Shown piece by piece: positions 19,839 to 28,668 of a stretch of 64,000 nt of DNA; positions within the stretch are counted from its first letter, which is position 1; each line of letters opens with the position of its first letter. Origin of the DNA: Candidatus Krumholzibacteriota bacterium (GTDB taxonomy: Bacteria; Krumholzibacteriota; Krumholzibacteriia; JAJRXK01); assembly GCA_963806035.1 (NCBI GenBank), contig CAWDWO010000026.1, positions 1 to 64,000 on the forward strand, read 5' to 3'. The notes under the pieces are model-generated. The model searched no databases and had not been told where the DNA came from. It was given only the letters and a program-made list of their open reading frames with translations. The position numbers and the translations under genes are program-made.

Positions 19839-20720
19839 GTGAACAAGACCCTTCCGGCCAAACTGCCGTTGAACCTGCATTTACAGCACCTGGTCTACTT
19901 TCGCGAAGTGCAGCGCCGCGGCGGAATCAGCGAGGCGGCGCGCGCTTTGAGCGTCAGCCAGCCCGCGCTCTCCCAGGCCCTGAGCGAGATGGAGAAACGG
20001 CTGGGGGTGGCGCTCTACGAGCGCGAGGGGCGCAAGCGTCATCTCACCGCGGCGGGCGAGGAGTTCCTGCGCTTCGCCCAGGAGGTGCTGGAGAGGGCGG
20101 AGGAAGTGGAGCGGCGTCTGCAGGACCGCCGTCAGGGCCGCAGTGGAGTGTTGCGGGTGGGCATGATCGACGCGGCCAGCCTCTACGTGCTGCCCGCCAC
20201 GATGCAGGCCTTTCGCGCCAAGCGCCCGGAGGTTGATCTGGCCCTGACCGTGGCGCCGAGCGAGCAGCTGCTGCACGCACTCAGACATTACCAGCTCGAC
20301 CTGGCCATCGCGGTGGGACCGCGCAACGACCCCGGCTTCAGCGCGGTGCGCATTCGCCGCGAGCCCTTGCTCATCTACGCTCCGCCCGGAAGTCGCGGCA
20401 GGAATCTGCAAGATTGCGAGTGGATTCTCTATCCGCCCCATTCGCGGACGCGCGCGGTGATCGATGCGGCCCTGAGCGAGAAGGGAATCACGCCGCGCAT
20501 CACCCTGGAGAGCGGCAGCCCGGAAGTGCTGCGCCAACTCGTCTCCCTGGGTTTGGGCTACAGCGTGTTGCCCGAGAAAGTCGCCGAGGGCGCGTCGCGC
20601 TCGCTGCGGCGCGTATTCAAGACCCCTCTGGCCTACCGTGAGCTCTTGGCCTTCCGCCGCAAGAACGCACCCTTCGACGCCCTGGCCGAGGAATTCACCG
20701 AAATGGCGCGCGGGGTCTGA
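19839..20720 (+). CDS. LysR family transcriptional regulator
   Basis: ISEAARALSVSQPALSQALSEMEKRLGVALYER..LTAAGE HTH; AAGGAG before GTG 19839. Confidence 0.95.
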   Translation: MNKTLPAKLPLNLHLQHLVYFREVQRRGGISEAARALSVSQPALSQALSEMEKRLGVALYEREGRKRHLTAAGEEFLRFAQEVLERAEEVERRLQDRRQGRSGVLRVGMIDAASLYVLPATMQAFRAKRPEVDLALTVAPSEQLLHALRHYQLDLAIAVGPRNDPGFSAVRIRREPLLIYAPPGSRGRNLQDCEWILYPPHSRTRAVIDAALSEKGITPRITLESGSPEVLRQLVSLGLGYSVLPEKVAEGASRSLRRVFKTPLAYRELLAFRRKNAPFDALAEEFTEMARGV

Positions 20721-20763
20721 ATTTTCCTGCCCAAGTCGCCCCGGCAGGGGTAAAACTCTGCCG

Positions 20764-21874
20764 ATGATCCGCGCGATTGCAGTTCACTGGCCCAAGCTCT
20801 CCTCGCTCAGGGCGAAGTGCAGCCTCTTGGTTCTCTTGGTGTTGGCCGGGACGATCTGTCGCGAGCGCGTCCCGCGCCGCGGGAAAGTCCGCGCCTTGGC
20901 GGCGCACCGTGACGATCAGCCCCAGGGAGTGGATCGACTCCGAACCCCCAGCGCAGGGCGAGCCCGCAGCCCAGCCCGCGTTCCCGCTGCAGCTCGCGTC
21001 CCAAACCCAAGCCGATGGGCCGAGCACTGCGGAGGCCTTGGATGCGAACTGGCGCGCGCAGAGCGCCGCCGGGCCCGCGCAGCTCAGCCTTCCCCGCCAG
21101 CTTCTGGTCGCCTCCACCTACCTGACTCTCTACGGGGTGGCCACCCACGTGGGGAGCCGGCGGCGTGTGGAAGACAACTTCAAGGTGGTGCGCCTGGAGA
21201 AGGCCTACGTCTACGACTTCGTGGGCCACACCTACCTGGTGCGAGAGGTGGGGGGCATCGCTGCCGCGGTGCAGCACTTCGCGGGAGTGGAGAAGGGGCA
21301 GGCCCGCACCCAGGGAGTGTGGTGGGCCGAGTTCGGCAGCGAGATGTACATGGAGATCCTGAACGGCTGGGTGCACAACGTGCGCTTCGATCCCCTCGAT
21401 CCGGTGGCCAACTTCACCGGCGCGATGCTGGCCACCAAGGGACGCGATCTCGCGGCGCAGCACGAGTGGATCGACCGCTTCTCGTTGCAGTTCGGTTACA
21501 AGGATTGGGGGCGGGCGTTTCGCCCCTCGAAGACCGACAATGCGACCCTGGCCAGCGTGTGGCACGACCACGCAAACGGGCGCTTCGGACTGGGCTATGA
21601 CATCGGACCGCTCAAGCGCCCCTGGGTCTCCGTCTTTCTCAGCTACGAGATCACCAGCCTGCAGATCGAGAATTTGAAGAACCGCTTCGGCATGGGCATC
21701 GAACTGCAGCCCATCTACTGGCTCGATCCCCTCATTCGCAAACTTCCTTTGGGTAAGGAATTCCTGATCGCGCACGACTGGCTGAACCAGCGCGTTCTTC
21801 TGCCCGGGCTCTACATCCAGCTCTTTCACGTGGATGCGCCCGCCTTCAGCAGCCAGCAACCCTTCCGTGAATAG
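20764..21874 (+). CDS. DUF2279/YfiM-like exported protein; probable frameshift near 20857 separates the signal peptide
   Basis: DFVGHTY, EILNG, FDPLDPVANFTG resemble DUF2279 motifs; signal-like SLLVLLVLAGT in the frame from ATG 20764 joins VASASRA in the 20777 frame. Confidence 0.5.
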
Positions 21875-21925
21875 CTTCGGCGAGTGCTTGCTGGATGCGG
21901 CCGCCTCCTCTAGCCTGAGCGCATC

Positions 21926-22369
21926 ATGTTGATCGGTAGCATCGGTTGGCTGTCCTTGGGCAGCATGGTCGTGGCGCAGCTCTTGAAGCCTTTCTTGAAC
22001 GCGAAGGCCGAAGGGATCCGCGCGATCGGACGCATCCTCGATACCGGAGGCATGCCCAGCAGCCACAGCGCCCTCGTCACCACCCTCACTCTGAGCATCT
22101 ACTCGGTGGAGGGGGGCAGCTCCATCCTCTTCAGTATCTCTTTGATCTTCAGTCTGTACTTCATTTTCGAGGCCACCGGATTGCGCCAGGAAGTGGGAAG
22201 GCAGGCGCAGGTGCTCAACGAGATGGTCGACGAGCTCCAGGAGACCCATCAAGTGGACCGCCGCCGGCTCAAGGAGCTGGTGGGACACAGCTGGCAGGAA
22301 GTGTTCGGAGGTGTCGTGGTGGGAGTGGTGGTCTTCCTTCTGGGACGGGGCTGGATCGCGGCGTCCTGA
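21926..22369 (+). CDS. Divergent PAP2 family (DUF212) membrane protein
   Basis: AQLLK, TGGMPSSHSA, ATGLRQEVGRQAQVLN, LKELVGHS. Confidence 0.9.
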   Translation: MLIGSIGWLSLGSMVVAQLLKPFLNAKAEGIRAIGRILDTGGMPSSHSALVTTLTLSIYSVEGGSSILFSISLIFSLYFIFEATGLRQEVGRQAQVLNEMVDELQETHQVDRRRLKELVGHSWQEVFGGVVVGVVVFLLGRGWIAAS

Positions 22370-22603
22370 GGGAGTGACGCGTTCTCAGAAAGTCTTCAGA
22401 CACCCCTGCTTCAGACTTGACCGCCAGGGCCTCAGGGAGGAAGCTGCGCGCAGGCAAGGTTCCTGCGACGCTGCCCCAGCGCGGTTTCTTGCGCACTCGC
22501 CCGTCTCGCGGGAAGACGATGATCCGTCGAGCCCCTGCGCAGACATCATCATTGTGAACTCATCGGGCTCACTTGCTCTGTGCCTCTCGCAGAGGAGTTC
22601 CCG

Positions 22604-23692
22604 ATGCGTATTCTCTCCGTCGCAAATCAGAAGGGTGGAGTGGGCAAGACGACGATCGCCGTCAACCTGGCCTCCGCGCTCGCCGGCTCCGGCAACACCG
22701 TCCTCCTCATCGACAACGATCCCCAGGCGCACGCAACTCTGGCGTTGGGACTCAATCCCGCGCAATTCGCACTGAGCACGCGCGAACTCTACTTGAACGA
22801 AGGGGTCAAGGTGCAGGACGCGCGGATCACCGTGACGCCCGAACTGTATTTGATTCCCGCGGACATCGATTTGAGCACGGTGGAGCAGGAACTCGCCGAA
22901 GCGCCGCGCAAGTTGCGGCGGCTCCTGGAGTGTCTAGCGACCTCCCACATGCCCTATGACTTCGTGCTCATCGACAATCCGCCGCAGGTGGGGATTCTCA
23001 CCTTCAACGCGCTTCTGGCCAGCTCGGAGGTGCTGCTTCCGGTGGACGCGGGGCGCTTCTCGGTGGACGCGGTGGAGCGCTTCTCGGCCACCCTGCGCGG
23101 TTTGAAGACCGAGCGGGGACACGCCCCCCGGCTGCGCATCGTGGCCAGCGGGTTCGATCTGCGCACCCGCCACGCGCGTCGCATCTTGGAGGATCTGCAG
23201 GCGCTGCAGCCGGGATCTTTGGCGCGCACCGTCATTCGCTCCACCGTGAGGTTGCGCGAGGCGGCGCAGGCCGGCAGCCCCATCGATCGCTACGATCGCC
23301 AGAGCCGCGCCACCGCCGATTTTGCCGCGCTCTCCGCCGAGCTCCTGGCCAGCGAGTGGTTGCTCGAGAGCGAGGAGTTGATGGAATGGGAGGAACTGCT
23401 GCACGGTCCACGCGCGAAATCCGAAGGCGTGCTGTTCCACGCTTACTTTCCCCAGGCGCAGCACGTGTGCGTCACCGGTGACTTCAACGATTGGTCGGTG
23501 GAAGGCGTCCAGCTCGAGCGGCGCGGCGAGGGGCACTGGGAAGCGCAGCTGCCCATCGCACCCGGGTGCTACGAGTACAAGTTCATCGTGGACGGGGTGT
23601 GGACCGCGGATCCGGAGAACCCCGAGCAGGTGCGCAATACCTACGGACAGGTGAATTCGGTGTTGGTGGTTCCCTCCGGAGAGGCTCGATGA
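22604..23692 (+). CDS. ParA/Soj-family ATPase fused to a C-terminal AMPK-beta/CBM48-like glycogen-binding domain
   Basis: NQKGGVGKTT, DNDPQAHAT, IDNPP; C-terminal VTGDFNDW...GHWEA...PGCYEYKFIVDGVWTADPEN...GQVNSVL; GAGGAG SD. Confidence 0.88.
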   Translation: MRILSVANQKGGVGKTTIAVNLASALAGSGNTVLLIDNDPQAHATLALGLNPAQFALSTRELYLNEGVKVQDARITVTPELYLIPADIDLSTVEQELAEAPRKLRRLLECLATSHMPYDFVLIDNPPQVGILTFNALLASSEVLLPVDAGRFSVDAVERFSATLRGLKTERGHAPRLRIVASGFDLRTRHARRILEDLQALQPGSLARTVIRSTVRLREAAQAGSPIDRYDRQSRATADFAALSAELLASEWLLESEELMEWEELLHGPRAKSEGVLFHAYFPQAQHVCVTGDFNDWSVEGVQLERRGEGHWEAQLPIAPGCYEYKFIVDGVWTADPENPEQVRNTYGQVNSVLVVPSGEAR

Positions 23693-24291
23693 ATCAGGAG
23701 CGGCTGCACGCGGCCGCCGGGGAACGTTGGGAGCGAGTGGCCTCCAGCTTTTTGCGTCCGGCCCCCGCGCCGCGCTTCTTGGTGGGGGTGAGTGGAGCGG
23801 ACGACGAGCAAAGAGTGCAGCGGATCGCGCGTGAAGTGCGCGAGGGACTCGGGGACTTGCTGGATACCTCGGGCGCTGGCGGAGCACGGGTGGAGGTGAA
23901 GGATTTGGGAGCGGTGAACGAGAAGCGGCTGGTGGGTCTGGCTGGGGAAGGATTGAAAGCGCCGGACCTGCTGGTATGGAGCATGAGCCCCAAAACCGCC
24001 TCGAGCTCGCGCTCCTTCTACCTCTTGGGGACCTTCGTGTGGACTCTTTCGCCGCGCAGCGTGGGCTGCGTGCTGGAAGCGGGCAGCCTGCCGGCAGCGC
24101 GCTTCGAAGCCGGACAGAAGGCGATTCGGGCCGCCTCGGGGGTGCAGTGCCCGCTCGCCCTGTATCTTCTTCAGGGAGCGGCGGAGACGGGCCGCAGCTG
24201 CACTCTGGGCGGGATCGTTCAGGCCGCTCTGGCTCGGGCGGACGCGCGGGCGCGGCAGGGCGCCGACAAGAGGGAGCTTTTCTGGGCGTGA
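23689..24291 (+). CDS. Hypothetical protein, translationally coupled to the ParA-CBM gene
   Basis: ATGA overlap at 23689-23692; about 200 aa; no recognisable intact motif. Confidence 0.55.
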   Translation: MNQERLHAAAGERWERVASSFLRPAPAPRFLVGVSGADDEQRVQRIAREVREGLGDLLDTSGAGGARVEVKDLGAVNEKRLVGLAGEGLKAPDLLVWSMSPKTASSSRSFYLLGTFVWTLSPRSVGCVLEAGSLPAARFEAGQKAIRAASGVQCPLALYLLQGAAETGRSCTLGGIVQAALARADARARQGADKRELFWA

Positions 24292-24351
24292 TTCAGGCTT
24301 GGCCGCAGGGGCCTTCCATGCTAGTAAAGAGCCCATGCGGGAAGAAGAACC

Positions 24352-26118
24352 ATGAATGCGGCACCACTGGCTCCCTACTTCAACTTCGTGAAGCGCCACC
24401 GTTGGTCCTACCTGGCGGCGCTGCTCGTTTCCCTATTGGGAACGGCGATCTATCTGCTCACGACACCCACGCTCTACCGCGCCGCGGCGCGCACCATCGT
24501 GCCCTACCGCGAAGTCGAATCCGATCTTCGTTTCGGCAACGGACGTCCCTTCCCGGTGCAGTACGTCTTCGTGGTCAACAATCACTTGGAAGTTTTGCGC
24601 AGCGGATCGGTGCACCGCGCCATCCTGCAGGCGATCAAGAGTGAGGATCCCGAGCTTCTGCAGGAGCTGCGTCAACTCGCCAAGGGCCGCAGCAAGGACG
24701 AAGACGAGGCGCTGCTGATGGCTCTCGATGAGCGCTTGCGAGCGAGCTCGCGCGACAAGACCGGAGTGCTGCGGCTGGAAGCGACCGCCTCCACCGCGGA
24801 CGCCGCCGCGCGTCTGGCCAATCTGGCACTGCACACCTACGCCACCGTCCAGGACAGTCTCAACCGCAGCTCGACCGTGGAATGGCTGGGAAACCTGCGC
24901 GCCGAGGAAGCCAAGTGGCACCAAATCCTCGAGCAGAGAAACGAAGAGCTGCAGACATTTCGCAGCAAGCAGCAGGTGATGGACCTGGTAGAAGAGGGAC
25001 GCGCGGTGGTGCGGGAGATCATCCGCCTGCGCGCCGAAGCGTCGATGAACGACGCCGAACTCTCCGGACAAAAGGGACGACTCAGCGAACGCGAAGAGCA
25101 ACTCGCCAATGTCTACGGGCGCTTGCAGGACAGCTTGCGCAGCGATCCCGCTTCGGTGGCCGACGCGCTGCGCAAACAGCTCTCACGCGATCGCGCGCGC
25201 CTTCAGTATCTGCTCGCGGCGGGAGCGGTGCAGGATGCCTCGCAGGTGCAGAGCCTGCGGCAACGCATCGATCGCGCGGCGGAGGTGCTGCAGGAGGAAG
25301 GGGAGAAGCTGCCCAAGGATCCTTCTTTGGAGGGCGACCCGGTCAAGCTGGCGGAGAAGCTGCTCACCGCGATCCACGATTTCGAGCCCGACATTTTGGG
25401 AAGGCAAGCCCAGGTCGACCGACTCGACGCGGCGGTGGATTCGCTGCAAGCGCGCATGGTGGTCATTCCCGCCCTGGCCGCGGCGGAAGCGCGCTACGAG
25501 CGTGAGGCCAAGATGGCCAAGGAGACCTACGAGCTGGTGCAGCAGCGCATGGTGGAGGCGGAGATGCTGGCGCAGAAGCACGACAGCCGCCTGCAGACCA
25601 TCCATCCCGCGGAGATTCCCTCGCGTCCTTCCTCGCCGCGAAGGCTCTTGGCCATGGTGGGCGCTCTGTTCATCACCGTGCTCCTGGGAAGCGTGGCGGG
25701 CATGGTGGTGGAGGGCGTCGATCCCACGCTGCGCGACGCCGACGAGGCGATGCGGCTCAGCGAACTCGCGGTACTGAGCCGTCCGGCGGCGGAGGGAGGC
25801 AGTGTCTCGCCCGAGCTGGCCGCGCTGGCTGCCGCACAGCGCCTGGCGGGCCAAGCCGGCGTGCTGTGGCTCGTGGGCGTGGATGGAGAGGACGTCTCCG
25901 ATCTAAAGGCCAAGGTGAGCGCTCGCCTGGCCGCGCTGCGTTCGGAACTGCAAGTGGCGGGCGGCAGCTTCGAGGACTTCTTCGCCGCTTCGAATCTCTC
26001 GCCCACCCTGGTGCTGCTCGTGGCCCGTCGGGGACGGACGCGGCGCGCGAGTTTGAAGGACGCGGCGCGCCTGCTGCAGGGCACGGGACACGCTGCCGGG
26101 GGCCTTCTGGTCCGGTGA
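24352..26118 (+). CDS. GumC/Wzc-type polysaccharide co-polymerase with a degenerate tyrosine-kinase domain
   Basis: N-terminal TM plus TPTLYRA, long coiled coil, IHPAEIPSRPSSP plus TM, C-terminal LVLLVARRGRT...GGLLV; no Walker A and no Tyr cluster. Confidence 0.8.
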   Translation: MNAAPLAPYFNFVKRHRWSYLAALLVSLLGTAIYLLTTPTLYRAAARTIVPYREVESDLRFGNGRPFPVQYVFVVNNHLEVLRSGSVHRAILQAIKSEDPELLQELRQLAKGRSKDEDEALLMALDERLRASSRDKTGVLRLEATASTADAAARLANLALHTYATVQDSLNRSSTVEWLGNLRAEEAKWHQILEQRNEELQTFRSKQQVMDLVEEGRAVVREIIRLRAEASMNDAELSGQKGRLSEREEQLANVYGRLQDSLRSDPASVADALRKQLSRDRARLQYLLAAGAVQDASQVQSLRQRIDRAAEVLQEEGEKLPKDPSLEGDPVKLAEKLLTAIHDFEPDILGRQAQVDRLDAAVDSLQARMVVIPALAAAEARYEREAKMAKETYELVQQRMVEAEMLAQKHDSRLQTIHPAEIPSRPSSPRRLLAMVGALFITVLLGSVAGMVVEGVDPTLRDADEAMRLSELAVLSRPAAEGGSVSPELAALAAAQRLAGQAGVLWLVGVDGEDVSDLKAKVSARLAALRSELQVAGGSFEDFFAASNLSPTLVLLVARRGRTRRASLKDAARLLQGTGHAAGGLLVR

Positions 26119-27506
26119 ATGAAATGGCGCGGCGCCGCGCAGTCTCCTCGGCCGACACTCTCTTCACACTCACTCTCTTTCTCTTACCCTGGATCGGCGT
26201 CGGGCTCTTCCAGATTCTTTTAGGGCGCTCTCTCTCCACCGGAGTGCAACCGGCGCTCTTGAGCGGCGGGATGGCCCTTCTCTGTCTGCCCTTCGTGGGC
26301 TGGCGCGGGCTCGACGGCGATGGGGAGCGCTGGCTGGCTTTGCTTCTGTGGATCGTTCTGGGCACGGCCGCGCTGTGGCAGCTTCAGGACATGGGGCTGC
26401 AGGGAGAGATGCCCTGGCTGAAGGGCCTGAAGCAGTGCGTGCAGCTGGTGTACTTTTTCGCCTTGGCGCTGCTTCCCACCGTGCTGCTCGCGCGCAGCGA
26501 GGACAAGTCGCGCACCCTCGCTCGCTGGGAACGGGCGGCGAGCCTGGGTCTTCTGCTCGCCTCCCTGGTGGGTCTCTATCTCGCGCTGGCTTTCTTCGTG
26601 GAGGTGCCGGCCGGGCACCGGCTCCTGGACATCCTCTCCTCGAATCGTTCCATCGCCTCGGGCAGCGACGAACTCTATCTCGGACACAGCTTCGTGGGGA
26701 TTCCCCGGGTGCGCAGCGGGGCGGCGGAGCCGCTGTACTTCGGCAGCTATCTTCTGTGCGTGCTGCCGGTGACCGCGGTGGCCCTGGCGCGCGCCAAGGG
26801 TTGGGCGCGCCTGTGGCGCGGCTTCACCCTTCTTCTGGGCCTCGCCTGTCTGCTCCTGACTTTCAGCCGCGGCGTGTACCTGGGGCTGAGCCTACTTGTG
26901 ATCTTGAGCGCCATCGGAATGGCGCGCGGGATCTTGCCGAAGCCTTCCAAGCGGACGGGGATACCCCTCGCTTTGTTACTGCTCTTGGGCACGCTCGCGC
27001 TCAGCGCGCTGTTTACCAGCGGAGGCATCCTCGCGTTGCCGCGACTTCTGCTGGCGCGCATGGAGCAGTCCTTCGCCCAACATGACCTCTCGAATTTGAC
27101 GCGCTTGAGTTCGTGGCGCGCCGCGGCGATTCTCTTCTGGCAGCATCCACTCTTCGGAGTGGGGTGGAGCGGCTTCGGTTTTTGGTTCTACCGCGTCCTG
27201 AACGGCTCGGGCAGCGCGGCCGTGTTCGGCTGGCCCGTCACCAACAGCTTTCCCCTGCGGGTTCTGGCGGAGACCGGATTGGTGGGCGCGCTCCTGTGGG
27301 CCAGCGTCTTGGCGCGGCCCCTTTCTCCTCTGCGCGGCGTCTTGTCGGGCCGTCACGCCAAAGTGAACGGTGTTTCCTTCGTGCTCGCCTCTTGCCTCGC
27401 GGCCCTACTTTTGCAGATGTTGACGTTTAGCCAGATGAACTTGCCCCATCTCTGGCTGAGCGGAGGGGTGGCGGCGGCGCTCGCGCGCTGGGATGGTGTG
27501 GCTTGA
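26115..27506 (+). CDS. O-antigen ligase/polymerase (Wzy_C) family protein
   Basis: RVRSGAAEPLYFG, LTFSRG, SNLTR..W, HPLFGVG, LAETGLVG; GTGA overlap with the upstream stop. Confidence 0.8.
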   Translation: MNEMARRRAVSSADTLFTLTLFLLPWIGVGLFQILLGRSLSTGVQPALLSGGMALLCLPFVGWRGLDGDGERWLALLLWIVLGTAALWQLQDMGLQGEMPWLKGLKQCVQLVYFFALALLPTVLLARSEDKSRTLARWERAASLGLLLASLVGLYLALAFFVEVPAGHRLLDILSSNRSIASGSDELYLGHSFVGIPRVRSGAAEPLYFGSYLLCVLPVTAVALARAKGWARLWRGFTLLLGLACLLLTFSRGVYLGLSLLVILSAIGMARGILPKPSKRTGIPLALLLLLGTLALSALFTSGGILALPRLLLARMEQSFAQHDLSNLTRLSSWRAAAILFWQHPLFGVGWSGFGFWFYRVLNGSGSAAVFGWPVTNSFPLRVLAETGLVGALLWASVLARPLSPLRGVLSGRHAKVNGVSFVLASCLAALLLQMLTFSQMNLPHLWLSGGVAAALARWDGVA

Positions 27507-27507
27507 G

Positions 27508-28668
27508 ATGAGAAGAATTCTCATTCCCGCCCTCCAAGTGGGCCCCGGCCAAACCGGAGTCGGTGTTTACACGCTGGAACTGGTGCGCGCGCTGAGCCGG
27601 ATGCCGCTTCACGGCGAAGAGTTCATCGTCGCGGCGGTTCATCCGGGGAAATTCGAGTTTTTACGCGGAATTGAAGCTTTCTCCGTGGAGCCAATTCAAC
27701 TCTTGCGTGAGAACTCGTGGGGACGCATGATGGCGACCCACACCACGGTCCCGCGTCTCGCGGAGAAACTGGGTGTGGATTTGGTGATGGGAGTGAACTT
27801 CATCGCGCCGTTGTGGGGGCGTTTCGCCACCTCGGTGCTGGTGCACGATCTCACCTTTCACCATTACCCCCAGACGATGCCGCGGGTGAAACGCCTCTAC
27901 TACCGCTTCGTGGTAGGGCGATCCATCCGCCGATCGAAGCTCGTCTTCGTGACGACAGAGACGATGGCGCGCGAACTCGTCGAGTACGAGCCGGGCGCCA
28001 AAGGAAAAATCAGGATCGCTCCCGGAGGAGTTCCATCAGCCTACCTGGTTAACGGCGAGGAAGAGAAAGCAGAATCGGGCCGGCGTTTCAGCGCGCCACG
28101 CTCGAATTTTCTCTTCGTCGGCACATTGGAGCCTCGGAAGAATCTGGAGCGGTTGCTCATGGCGCACGCCGCGCTATGCCGTTTCGATCCTGATTTTCCC
28201 GCGCTTCGAGTCGTCGGGGGCCGCGGGTGGGAGGATGCCGGTATCCGCCGGACCATTCTGGACCACCCCGATCCTTCCCGACTCGAAATTTTGGGTTACT
28301 GCAGTCCGGAAGAACTCCTGAAGGAGTACGACCGGGCCTTGGCGCTGCTGTTTCCATCGCTCTATGAGGGCTTCGGCCTTCCGGCTTTGGAAGCGATGGC
28401 CAGGGGGTGCCCCGTGCTGAGTTCGAAGGGGATCGCCACTGCCGAAGTGACCGGGGATGCCGCTCTGCTCGTCGATCCCCTCCAGTCGGGGGAGTTGGAA
28501 CGGGCTATGCGTCGTCTGGTCGACGATTCGAGTCTGCGCGACCGTTTGGCGGCCGCGGGCAGGAATCGGGCCCGCTCATTCACGTGGGAGCACGGGGCTG
28601 CGAAGACTCTGGAGGCGCTTCGAGAGCCGGATCTCTTTCCGGTTCGAGAAGACCAGGTAGGCCATTGA
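27508..28668 (+). CDS. Glycosyltransferase family 4 (group 1)
   Basis: VHDL, FVGTLEPRKN, FPSLYEGFGLPALEAMARGCPV. Confidence 0.93.
   Translation: MRRILIPALQVGPGQTGVGVYTLELVRALSRMPLHGEEFIVAAVHPGKFEFLRGIEAFSVEPIQLLRENSWGRMMATHTTVPRLAEKLGVDLVMGVNFIAPLWGRFATSVLVHDLTFHHYPQTMPRVKRLYYRFVVGRSIRRSKLVFVTTETMARELVEYEPGAKGKIRIAPGGVPSAYLVNGEEEKAESGRRFSAPRSNFLFVGTLEPRKNLERLLMAHAALCRFDPDFPALRVVGGRGWEDAGIRRTILDHPDPSRLEILGYCSPEELLKEYDRALALLFPSLYEGFGLPALEAMARGCPVLSSKGIATAEVTGDAALLVDPLQSGELERAMRRLVDDSSLRDRLAAAGRNRARSFTWEHGAAKTLEALREPDLFPVREDQVGH

Noticed and set aside
22604..23692. ParA-CBM as the McdA positioning the microcompartment
   Set aside because: It lies about 35 kb from the BMC operon, is embedded in a glycan operon, and no McdB-like partner can be supported
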